Shown piece by piece: positions 26,855-40,500 of a stretch of DNA of 64,000 nucleotides. Under the pieces are notes generated by a model, which made no database searches, was not told the DNA's origin, and worked only from the letters and a program-made list of their open reading frames with translations. Both the position numbers and the translations under genes were made by a program. Positions within the stretch are counted from its first letter, which is position 1; every line of letters starts with the position of its first letter. The stretch comes from Octopus sinensis (lineage: Eukaryota), in NCBI RefSeq assembly GCF_006345805.1, contig NC_043001.1, forward strand, positions 48,918,001 to 48,982,000, read 5' to 3'.

Positions 26855-28514
26855 GTATATATATATATGTATATATATATGTATATATTTATATATATAT
26901 ATATATATATTATATATAGAGGGCATTATACATACATGCCAGATGGCATTATACATACATGCCAGATGGCACTATACATACATGCCACACGCTAAGAGGG
27001 ACAATTAGTCATTTCTACCAAAAATATTACTAATCCCACCGAATGCAATTTTTCAAAGTAAGACATTTAAAAAATATAGACCTGTATCACAGTGATTTCA
27101 TACTTACGTATTCATCAGCAGGCCTGGATGTATCATACATAAACGACCCTGCCTCGCTTAAGCCGATCAGCTAACTGATCAACATCAACGAAGCACATGG
27201 GTGAGTTTACATATATTACATCCTGTAAATGTCAGACTTTTTTCGAATTGCATTTCGGGAAAGGAAAAGTTTTTTCGGAATAAAAATTTAGCAATTAAGG
27301 ACAACTACTTAATAAGGAAAACTTAACAAGAAATTGTCAGGTAGATAGCGTGAAAACCTCATAAGAGAAAAAATTTCGAAAATAATTATTTCTTATTGAA
27401 CATATTAATTTATATATAGAGGGCATTATACATACATGCCAGATGGCATTATACATACATGCCACACGCTAAGAGGGACAATTAGTCATTTCTACCAAAA
27501 ATATTACTAATCCCACCGAATGCAATTTTTCAAAGTAAGACATTTAAAAAATATAGACCTGTATCACAGTGATTTCATACTTATGTATTCATCAGCAGGC
27601 CTGGATGTATCATACATAAACGACCTGCCTCGCTTAAGCCGATCAGCTAACTGATCAACATCAACGAAGCACATGGGTGAGTTTACATATATTACATCCT
27701 GTAAATGTCAGACTTTTTTCGAATTGCATTTCGGGAAAGGAAAAGTTTTTTCGGAATAAAAATTTAGCATTAAGGACAACTACTTAATAAGGAAAACTTA
27801 ACAAGAAATTGTCAGGTAGATAGCGTGAAAACCTCATAAGAGAAAAAATTTCGAAAATAATTATTCTTATTGAACATATTAATTTATATATAGAGGGCAT
27901 TATACATACATGCCAGATGGCATTATACATACATGCCACACGCTAAGAGGGACAATTAGTCATTTCTACCAAAAATATTACTAATCCCACCGAATGCAAT
28001 TTTTCAAAGTAAGACATTTAAAAAATATAGACCTGTATCACAGTGATTTCATACTTACGTATTCATCAGCAGGCCTGGATGTATCATACATAAATGACCA
28101 TTTACAGGATGTAATATATGTAAACTCACCCATGTGCTTCGTTGATGTTGATCAGTTAGCTGATCGGCTTAAGCGAGGCAGGGTCGTTTATGTATGATAC
28201 ATCCAGGCCTGCTGATGAATACGTAAGTATGAAATCACTGTGATACAGGTCTATATTTTTAAATGTCTTACTTTGAAAAATTGCATTCGGTGGGATTAGT
28301 AATATTTTTGGTAGAAATGACTAATTGTCCCTCTTAGCGTGTGGCATGTATGTATAATGCCATCTGGCATGTATGTATAATGCCCTCTATATATAAATTA
28401 ATATGTTCAATAAGAAATAATTATTTTCGAAATTTTTTCTCTTATGAGGTTTTCACGCTATGTACCTGACAATTTCTTGTTAAGTTTTCCTTATTAAGTA
28501 GTTGTCCTTAATTG

Positions 28515-28586
<72 letters not shown>

Positions 28587-31500
28587 ATATATATATATGT
28601 ATACATATATACAAGCCAAGTGAATTTGTAGTCACACCTGATGTTGGTGTCATGTAACTGGCACCCATGAGCACCATTGAAGCATTAGGCCTCATGGAGG
28701 CACTGTTGGAGCACTGGGCTTCATGGAGGCAAAGTGGCTGAGTTCCTTTTGAGTGTTGGGCCTCACAAAGGCAACGACTGAGACCTTTGGTATTATTTCA
28801 TGCTTGAGAAGACCCATCAAGCTGAGCAAAATCGTAGTTGAGGCAGATACTGGTGTCATGCAAATGGCAACTGTATCAGTGGCATGTAATAGCACCTATT
28901 ACACTCTCAGAGTGGTTGGTGTTAGGAAGAGCATCCAGTCATAGAAAACCATACCAAATCAGACTGGAGTCTGGTGCCTTCCAGCTTACCAGCTCTGGTC
29001 AAACTGTCTAACCCATGCCAGCATGAACAACAAACGTTAAATGATGATGATGATGATGGTGTATATATGCATGTGTGTGTGTGTGTGACTTCTGTTTTTA
29101 ATCATTTAAATTCTACCTCTGAAGGAGCTGTTTTCCTACAAAGATACAAAGTTCCATCTTTGGAATGTAGATAACAGAAACAATGTCTCATTTTAAACCA
29201 TAAAAACATCTTGCATAATTTTACTGTTCTGCTTACAGATTGTATTTGTAATGTGCGAATCAGTTGGTTGATTTCTTTTTCTGAAAATCCAAGCTTATCC
29301 AGACTGACAGTTAGGCATTTATTTACAAACGCAAGTTGTTCCAATTATTATTGGTGTAAATGTAAATCTGTAATCAGCATATAGAAGCTGGAAGTTTCAA
29401 AGCAGTTGTCCATAGTTGTCTTCTTTTTCTTTAATTTTCAAAGAGATATTCACATCAGTAGGACAGCTGACCTCTATGATAGTACATACTTTTTATTGTC
29501 TGTACCAAACAACAATATCTGGCCTGTTATGCTTACACTTAACAGATGTTTTGATGAGAAAGTTCCACCAGTATTCCTTGTGCATGTATTTGTGTATGTA
29601 TTCAATAACATAGGGTTTCTCTATATTTATTCCAGAACGGTCTTTTCTTCGAATGGCACTGTATATTATTTTTGCAACAGCATTATGTTGCATAGGGAGG
29701 TAGTACCTTGATGACATTTTGGGGCAGCTGCTAATTACATGTGATGTCTTCCACAGAAATATGACATAATCTACATTTTCAGTTGCATCTTGGAACTCCA
29801 AGGGCTTTGCTGTCTCTTTTGTTCATTAGTTATTTAGTAGCAATCTCCTGTTCTTGGATTGCAAATGCATAGCCTTCAAAGTGTGATGCGATGTAGCAGT
29901 CATGGGCCCAAGAGAGGTTTTGCTTCATGATAATGTTACTCTCTTTTTCAAGTCTATGAGAAACATACCCATCCATGGTCTCTTTTTGATATACTGAGAG
30001 TCATTTTTGGGTCTTCTTTGAGGTATGCCAGTCTAGATGATTTTGGGTTATATGGGAGGGGATCGGAAAGACAATACTTCCAAAGAAACTCACTTCCAAC
30101 ACGTAGGATATTGCTTTCTTCACTTTTCAGCACTAAGTTAATGAGTTTATTTTTGCTGCTGTTGTTTAGCAAGTGCTGTCTGAGAGAGACTATGTGACGA
30201 CATTCGAAGGCTATCTTCACTGATCTCAAGCCCTCTATGTCTTTTATCTCTTCTTATGTAAAGCCTCTTGATATCACTATTTTCATAGAGATTTCCCACT
30301 GATGTTAGAATCTTGCAGGTTTTAATGTCTATGGAGTGGATTTCTTATACAAACCAGTCAAGTATCCCAAATGTTGGAATCAGCTCTGGTATTGGAAATG
30401 CACTGAGCAAGATTGTCTTGTTGTAAGAGGAGAGTTTGGACTGCCATATTTCTCTTAGTCAGGTGTCATATTCTTGGGTCACTCTATCTTTATACACAGT
30501 ACCTTAGTATGGTATATTTCCATCAATGCCAAGGTACTTGAGCATTCTTTGTGTGGGGCAGGAGACATAGCGAGACCATTGATGTACAGGTTTTGTGTCT
30601 GGGAGACCGATTTTCCCAATTCAAAATTTAAATGAGAACATTTCTTCTGGCCAAATTCTATTCCTATGTCAGTTGAAAATGTTGATATTAATTCTTTGTT
30701 TTTTGATAGTGTTCTAAGTGTGAGTTGTGGCTCAGGTTTTTGTGAGCCTCTGAGTGGCAGCAATTAAAGTAGCAGGCACTTTTGCCAAATAGAGATACTT
30801 CAGGATGTATATATGTGTGTATGTAAGTATGTGTATGAGTATATGTATATGGATGCATATGGCTTCTTATAAGTATATGCATAGATGTATCTGTCTTACA
30901 TATGTCTATACATACACACACACACATACATATGTATATGTGTGTATGTGTATGCATGTATATAGAAATGTGTATGTATGTGTATATATATATATATGTG
31001 TGTGTGTATGTATGTATATATGTGCAAATATATATATGTGTGTTTGTGTTTGTCCCTAACCACCACTCAACAACTGTTGGTTTGTTTATGTCTATGAAAC
31101 TTAGCAGTCCAATGACTGAAACATTGGCTGCAGTCCAATGACTGGAACAAGTAACAAATCAAAGATAAAAGATGTCTGTCATATCTTCTTTGATCTCAGT
31201 ATGGAACTGTTTTACAATCTTCATTTTCATCAGAAAGATAGTTTATTTTTTTATTTCCAAAAAATTTTTTAGATTTAAAAAATTTAAATTTTTTATTTTA
31301 ATTATTTTTCATTTCATTATATTTTTTATTACTTAATATTATTTTTTTTCTTTTCAAAGGTGATTATATAGAAGATATTCTAGAAAATTGGTTTGGTGAT
31401 TATGAGAAGCTGGAACGTCATCATGGCTATATCCAGTGGTGAGTATTTTGATCTTGCTTTATTGTTTTAACTTCCCAGCTGCAACGGTGGATGGATTTTA

Positions 31501-32208
31501 GGGAAATCACTATCACTGTTGGCCTTCATCTTTATTGTCACCCTCTTTGTTACCATTGCTGCAATCATCGTCACTCACCACCAATCATCAGTCATCATAT
31601 TTACACCTACCTTTCCATGATGGCATTGGTTGAACAGGCAATCCAGGCTATTTTTCATTTAGAGCTGCTTCCTTTCTTGATTGGTCAAAGGACTACATCA
31701 TGCTCTCATGTCTCAACTTTGGTGTAGTTTGTTTGGCTGGATGCCCTTCCTAGTACCAGTCACTTTACAGAGTGGACTGGATGTATTTTATCATATCATC
31801 AGCAGTAGTGAGGTCATTAAATGCAAATATATGTGCATGCATGTACGAACATATGTATGCATGTATGTATGAATGTGTGTGTATGTGCATAAATATATAT
31901 ATATATATATATATACTCAAAATAAGCAACAAGAATGACTCCGGTAATTTGGTACGATCGTTTCGTACTACATCGTTTTATTAAATGTTGTAAGTATTAC
32001 AACAGATTTAAGATGCTGAGTACTCATCAGCCAATTATAGAGGTTTTCCATTAATACAAAAATTTTCAAATCAAGTGGCAACATTATAGAGAAGGTAGAT
32101 ATACAGACAAAGATGTGGATTTAAATTTTAAGAACATATGAGGTAGGGAAGTCCTTCCACTGACTGACTATATATATATGTGTATGTATGTATGTATGTA
32201 TGTATGTA

Positions 32209-32249
<41 letters not shown>

Positions 32250-32538
32250 GTGTATTAGTAATATACTTTATATGTATGTATACATTTAATTCAAATGTAC
32301 AGAAAACAAAAGACAAAGGCAGCTGAGGGAGGACCAAGCAGGTTTATTAGTTTAATGCTCGGGAAGAATGGAAAAGTCTTTGACGTTTCGAGCCCATACT
32401 CTTCGACAGAAAGGATTGATGGGAAAGAAATGGAGAGTGAATGATAAAAACGGAGACAGAAAAGTAATGTGTAGGAATTAATGGCTTAACATAATGAAAT
32501 GACCAAATGTGTGAGTGTGTGTGTGTGTGCGCACGTGT

Positions 32539-32573
<35 letters not shown>

Positions 32574-35500
32574 AGAAAAAGAAAACAGAGAAATTGAGAT
32601 AAAGACATCAATTTATTAGAACATGCTTAATACCAATTTAATTTCTTAATTTGAATTATTTGGGTATGGAAACAATTAAATTTGTTTTAGTTTGGAATTA
32701 GATATGTTCTAATAAACTGATGTCTTTTTCTCAATTTCTCTGTTTTCTTTTCCTCATATATAAGCAATAATGTACCCAGATCCATTAATGTGAAGCTAAC
32801 ATCTTTGGTATTTCACTGATACACTGGATAAAACTGGGGAACTTGGAAGCTGACATCCCTTTAAGAGGATTTTATATCCTTGATTTAATTATATATATAT
32901 GTCTTCTTTCTGTCATAATAATTTCCGCGTGAGAAGACCCGGCAGGACAAGTGAGACCATAACTCGTGGCTTCTACCTGGGATGTAACCAGTCTACTTAT
33001 GCATACCTTTCCTTCTTGGGACACAAAATTCTACTTGTGAAGACCTGCTGAGGCAAGTGAAAATCAAATCAAAAATCAATAATCGAAATCGATCAACATC
33101 AATGGAAATTGCAGCTGTGATACCAGTACTGGTGGTACATAAGAGAACCATCTGAATGTGGCCGCTGCCAGCGTTGCCCCGACTGGCCTCGTGCCGGTGG
33201 CATGTAAAAAGCACCATCTGATCATGGCCGTTTGCCAGCCCTGTCTGGCACCCGTGCCGGTGGCACGTAAAAGCACCCACTACACTCATGGTATGGTTGG
33301 CGTTAGGAAGGACATCCAGCCGTAGAAACATTGCCAGATCAGACTGGGCCTGGTGCAGCCTTCTGGCTTCCCAGACCCCAGTTGAACCGTCCAATCCATG
33401 CTAGCATGGAAAGCGGACGCTAAACGATGATGATGATGATGATGATGATGATATATGCAGAGAGATAGATAGAGAGAGGAGTAAATAGATAGGTATCTGT
33501 GTGTATATTTCGTTAGTCTTTTTAAATGATGAAAAGAAACATGAACTATATTTAAATAATCACCTAGTGTAGTTTGCTGCAAGTAATTTACTACAAACTA
33601 TAGAAGTGAAAAGATTTCACCCATGGACTGTCATAATTACCTATTAGTAGGCACATATTTTTACGCTATGGTGAGATTTTTCTGTCATTCATTATTACTT
33701 TAAATTTCATGTCACCCTTTCTGACAAAAGCTTATTTTTAACTAGGATCATTCGTTCAAATCTGTAGAGTCATAATTTTCTGAAACAAATTCAATTGATC
33801 GGAAGCGCAAATGTAATGATTAAAATGAATCGATTATTTGTATGCCCTTAATGCCTGATAAAGTGTATGAAAAGAAAGGTGAATTAAATGAGACAATATA
33901 CGAAGGGGAATAACTCTTACACAATTCCTTGGAAGATATTTATTTGACATTATTTATCCATTCACTTCACATGGGGGAATCGTCGACGGTTTTAATCTCA
34001 TATACGAGTATTTTGTTTCATCTTTGCTGAACGCTTCCTTTATGGTACTGACTAAGTAGACCTATTCTTGAATGAAAGAGTCGATGGCATTGACTGCATG
34101 GTAATGTTGGTGGAGGACGTGGTTGATTTTGTCGAGCCTTTCTTACCTTAATTAACACAATGTAGATTTTGACGCTATTTTATCTATTCTCTTCTTTATG
34201 TGAGGAATCATAGTAATATGTGTCAATGTTATGAACGGGATGGATGTAAATTTAAAAGTAAAAAATTATTTCATGTTATGTATGAGCTTTATCAGTACGC
34301 TGAGAGTTGCTGAAGCATGGAACAAACTGCCGGCATCAGTTGTTAGTTGTCGGAGCACTGCATCCTTCAAAACTTCCATGCTTTCTGAGATTCGCCAACA
34401 CTACACTTGATTTTCTCCCCTCCATACACACACAAGCATGTATCTGACTCATACTTAGTTCACTTTCCAGACATTTGTACATTACTGCATATACTTTATA
34501 CGTACTTTCTGACAACTTGTGGTGCACCTGAGCACTGTGTACAATAATTTCATTATTATTATTATTATTATTATATTATTATAATTCAATATAATCTGTT
34601 GCATTGTTGGGTTGTCTGTGCTTAAACTGGCAACCCTGGGGACATTTAGTGGAATGGATAAAAGTATCTTATCAATGAGTGGGTAAACTCAGGAGTATCA
34701 GTAGCCATCCATTGTTGTATATGTATGAGGAGGTACTAAAGAGTTCTTGGCTTTCGGTAAAAGAAGATACAGAAGGATCAATTAGTCACGATTTGATTCA
34801 GCAAAATTCCCCTCTTAGTTGCATACACTTATTGCAGTGGTCCTTCAGTTTTTGTAAGCACTGTAAAAAGAACTTGGAAGATTGGGCCTTAAAGCCAGGA
34901 ACTTTTCAATACCCACCTTATGTGCAATTGTGCAATGCATCCAAAAGACTTGATTTCTGGAGGTTATATCAAAGGCAACCTAACCATTAATGGCCAAGTT
35001 TGAACAGACAGAAAGACAGTATTTACTAACTGCAGGAATGAAAGACAGAAATAAAATAAAATAAAATAAAATAAAAGGAAAACAAATGGAAAACACAAAC
35101 AAAACAACAAAAACAGCAGAAAACAGTCATTAAAAATCTGCAAATTGAATGTGATGACTTCTTGGAATAATAATAATGCACTAGTAGTGGGTAAATTTTG
35201 TCTTTAAAACTTGCAGACATGCCACTACTGCCATCATCACCACTCACCACTCACCAATCACCATTCATCATTTTCATGTCTGTCATAGCATGAGTTGGAC
35301 AGGCAGCTAAGGTTATTTCTTATTTGGAGTTACTGCCTTTCTAGACAGGTCACAGGATCATGTGTCTTGCTTGGTCATACCAGTTTTGGTGTGGTTTCTA
35401 TGGATATTGAATCCGAGAGAGAGGGAGAGAGAGACCATATGATAAATGAAAAAGAATGAAGAATATGTGTGTATCAGAAAAAAATTTCGGTATCCTCTTA

Positions 35501-37542
35501 ATATATTCTTTTTGTTCTATATTTCAGGTTGTTTCCCAACAAAGTTACAGGTTTGAACAGACATGCTTTCCGTCTCAATGATTATGAGATTCAGGTAAAT
35601 ATTCAGGTAGTGCTAGTGTTGTTATGATTGGTGTGTGTATGTGTATGTGCATATGTATATATGTATATAAATATATCTATGTGAGTGTGCACATATATAT
35701 ATATATATATATATACTAGCAGTATCGCCCGGCGTTGCTCAGGTTTGTAAGGGAATTAACTATATAAGCATTTTTAGAGAGTTACTTCCCTTATATAAAC
35801 TGAGCAAAAATGTGAAAAAATGATGGTAAATTTTTTTAAATCGTAGACTCATCGTAGATGCACGCTAATACCCAAAAGGGCTTGATATGAATCACGACTA
35901 TAAGATACCCGCTTTTGGTTAAACTGCACTGCAAAATGTGGGAGTAGTTAGGAATCTAAATTGGAGGAGACAGACTCTCACACACACAACTTCAGTTTTA
36001 TATATAAAGATATAAATAGAGTTAGCAGTTGTAGTAACCAACTAAGGAATAAAATATTTGTATATTCTATCAGTATCCATTACCTGTGTTATCTCCAGGC
36101 AATGGTGTGCAGGGACACCATATACATCAAGTGCAGGTGACAATAGTATAAACAAAAGTTTATCAAGAACCAATGCAAATAATTAGAAAATGGAGAAAAA
36201 TATAGATTAAGCACATATCGATTGGACCACATTTAAAGCTTGTTTATTGATACAAAGCATGACATAACAAAGCTAACAGCTGTTTCTGATCAGATTCCCA
36301 ATAAATGTGAGAATAAAATTCTTCATCTTCATAGAGCATTTGAATTAAGGCATTCAAACTAAAGCATTCAAATTAAGGCAACTGATCTTCATCAGAGTGA
36401 AAAACAAGAGCATACAACATAAACAAAAGGAAGAAGGCAGAGGTAAGAAAACATGGTTTAGACAAATAGTCTAAAAGCCTTTAATTCGAATGCCCTATGA
36501 AAATGAAGAATTTTATTCTCGCATTTATGTATAGACTGCATTCTGGGAATCTGATCAGAAACAGCTGTTAGCTTTGTTATGTCTTGCAAGTGAAATAACT
36601 GAAATAAGTAAAAGAAAATATATGTATAAGTTTATTTACTTTTTCTTACACAAAGACAAAAGTGCTCCTTTTTGCAAGCTGAGAAAAGCTCTGACTTATT
36701 GTTGAGGATGTAGTGCTTCTCTGTTTGACAGAAGTTACAAAACTCAGACATGTTCCTAATTGCTGATGCTCTGCCTATAATTGCCCATATGATGTTCTTA
36801 TTCTTTCTTGCAGTTTTTTTTTTAATTCATAAATATTGTTGGATAGTGTCATCTTATTTTCCAGGTGATGATGGTAGAATAGCCAATTGGGTTGGTGTAG
36901 GCAGTTTTTGAACATGTTCTTTGTTGACACCAACATAGAGACCAGTACTGCAAAATGCTCTCTCTCTCTCACTATCATTTGCAAACAGTTTCCAAATGTG
37001 CATATATTAGTTTCATATTTTGGCAGAATCTCAGCAATTTTGAGGGAGTGGGTAAGCTGATTACTTTGAAACCAGTGTTCAACAAGTACTTATGTTATCA
37101 ACCCTGAAAAGATGAAAGGCAAAGCTGACCTTAGCAGAACTTGAACTCAGAACATAAAGACAGATGAAATGCTGCTAAGCATTTTGCCTGGCATGCTAAT
37201 GGCTCTGCTAGATCACCACCTTGAAGTATGTGTATATTCCCCAAACCATATCAACCAGAACAACATAAAGTTGTGTTTCAGCTGTATGAGGAGCATGTCT
37301 GGTATCTTAATGTGTCACAATGCAAGGAATTCTTTGGCCACACACAATGAGAAGAGGTGACAAGCAATTGTCATGATGCAAAGCTCTGCACTATAAAAAG
37401 GCCAAATCTCTAGAAAGAAACATCATGTTCTACACTGAAAAATTGTGCAACAACATCTAAATATAGTTAACAGAAAACACGCTCAAAAGTTTGTTCTCTA
37501 ATTATAGACTTTGAAAGAAATGTCACTAGTGATGATGATGAC

Positions 37543-37575
<33 letters not shown>

Positions 37576-40500
37576 GATGATGATGATGGTGGTTGTGGTG
37601 GTGGTGGTGATGATGATGATGGTGGTGGTGGTGGTGGTGGTGGTGGTGGTGGTGGTGATGGTGGTGGTGGTGGTGATTATTATTATTATTATTATAATTA
37701 TTATTATTATTATTATTATTGTTATTATTACCATCATTGTTAGTCAGAATGTTAAGAAATACTGCCACTGAAACTGAAACTCTTCTCTGTTAAATCTTTA
37801 ACCAGTATTAATATTTTTAATACATTTCAGGAGATATCTAGAAATGAAATCTTAAGAGATAGAGTGAAAAGGAGCTTTCATTTGATGCTGGATTTTTATG
37901 GCATGTCTATGACTGGTGACTGCCAGTTTGCTTTATCACTTTCTAACAATGATAGAATCAAAAATCTGAAAGAGTAAGTTATTCAGGAAATATGTTATCT
38001 TTTAATGTTTGCTTGTTTCAGTCATTGGGCTCCAGCCATACTGGAGCAACGTCTTGAGGAGATTTACTTGAACAAATCACAATTTCTGTCCTTGGATTGC
38101 AGCTGTTATTTCCTATTTGCTTACCCCTAGAAAGTATGAAAAAATGACTAATACACACTCACACACACACACACATGCACATGTACACACACGCACACAC
38201 ACACAACACCCTACACACAATCACACATATTATGAGCTTCCACACTGTTTTCCATCAATGAGATTTACTCACAAGGATTTGGTGAATAGAGCAGATGCTT
38301 GCCAAAGGTACTGCACAGTGGAACTGAACCTGAAACCATGTGATTGCAAACTGAGCTTCTTAATAATAATAATAATTGTGTACAGTGCTCAGGTGCACTA
38401 CAACTCATCTAAAGTGTATATATAATCAGGTGTAGTTTCGACGGATTTCGGGAAGCATGAGGGCCTTAAAGGATGCAGTGTCATGGCAGTCAACAACTGA
38501 TGCAGGCAGTTTATTCCACGCTTCAGCAACCACATAGCTGTACCTGTTTCTGATTTGTGTTATTAATTTTCTTCATTTAATTTCTTTTTTGCTATATTTA
38601 AGTTAAGTTAAGTTAATTTTTTGGCTCAAAAAACAAAAAGCAAGGCCATGTAGGGGGACATGGAGTTATGTTTAGGGAGGGTGTTCATGCAAAGAGTTCA
38701 GGCCATTTCTGGTCATGAGAGACTTTGAATCGAGTGGTCTTCGGCATCTTCACTATCTGGTCCGGCAGCTTATTCCACGGAAAGAGCAACATGTATTCTA
38801 GGACCTTTGTTGTAATCCCATTGTGGCTGATTTACTCTTGAATCCTCTCTGCTTGATTAAATTACAATCATGTACTGAGTTAAATTCAATTAACTTATAA
38901 TACACCACTTCTTCAAATGTCTGGTGGCTTATGGGTTAGGGGTATTCAGCTCTCAATTGTAAGGTCATGAGTTTGATTCCTGGTGGTGTGTTGTGTTCTT
39001 GAGCAAGATACTTTATTTCATGTTGCTTCAGTTCACTCAAAAAAGAGTAGTACCTGCATTTCAAAGGGCCAGCATTGTCACATCCTGTACCATGCTGAAC
39101 CTTCCTGAGAACTACATTAAGGGTAGCCATGTCTGCGGAGTGCTCAGCCACATGCATGTTAATTTCATGAGCAGGTTGTCCCATTCATCAGATTAGCTGA
39201 AGCACTCATCACCATAACCAACAGAGTGCCAGGGGTATTTTGTTATCATAAGATATCAATATTTCATTTCATTTCTCTAGGTTCCAAATTCAAATCTTAT
39301 TGTGACTGGCTTTACCTCTTATTTCCTTGGTAACCAATAGAATAAGTACTAGTGATATATTAGGTTAGATTCTATCAGGAAATATAACACTGTATAATAA
39401 AATTTTAATTTTTTCGTTTGTGGACAGTAAGTGTTATTTCCTATTTGCTTCTAATTAGAAATCAAAGGAAATGACTACTATTCCCTTCAAACTTTGCTTT
39501 TGTGACCTGGATATTAATGTTTTTTGAAACTGACCTATTTTCCATTACATTTCAGATAGATTTAGTGCTGAGTTGCCAAAGCAGAAATATCATTATAACA
39601 AATATTTTGTTCAGTCATACAGATTTGCTTGTCAGTTGCTTGATATAACCACTTGAGTATGTTCCTTAGTGGCTGACAATACGTGCATCTCTGATCATGA
39701 GCAGGAGCAGTTGAGGAGCCTCATAGCCATGTGTTGAGAGGGATTCTTTGGGGTTTGAATAAATGTAACAAAAGCAAAATTTGAAGGAAATATTAATCCT
39801 TTTTTCATACTTTCTAGGGATGAGCAAATAGGAAATAACAGTTGCTACCCATGGACAAAAATTGTGTTACACAGTGTAATCTATTAACCTTGTGTCTACC
39901 CAGTTTAAAACAAACAAGAAGAACAACAAAAAAAGCCCCTCAATAATTTCTACTCCTGATATGTTGTCATTTGTGTGTTGTTTAACCATATTACAGATCT
40001 CACTTGCATTCTATCCTTTGTATTCCGGCATAAAAATAAAAAAAAAAACAGAAACAAATAGCAGAAGTCCCTGTTTTACCCTAGTTTTCTCTATCTCAGT
40101 TGTTGTAAGCTCTGTGGTGAGTGAAATTAACTGATATTATTGCCAGGAATGTAGTACAAGAGAATCCTATGACCTTCTCATCAGTGACTTGGCAGTGGTA
40201 ACAATAAATGTTGTCATTTGGCAAACATGTCATTTTTGATGAGTAATATTTTCATCTTTGGGTCTAAGTCAACGACTGTTTGATGTTGGCCATCGATGAA
40301 ATCCTTTTGCTTGTCTCCTTAACTGATGGTAAATCTGCTAAGTATTTGATGACTTTGGGTTTGTCCCAGGGAAAAGCACCACTGATGCTATATTCCTGGT
40401 AAGGCAGCTGCAGGAGAAATACCTAGCCAAGGATAAGCCCCTGTACCTGGCTTTTGTTGACATGGAGAAAGCCTTTGATAGGGTCCCCCGATCCCTCATC

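Noticed and set aside
37498-37771. Poly-His/Asn, poly-Met/Val and poly-Thr/Ile ORFs
   Set aside because: All frames of one intronic trinucleotide repeat.
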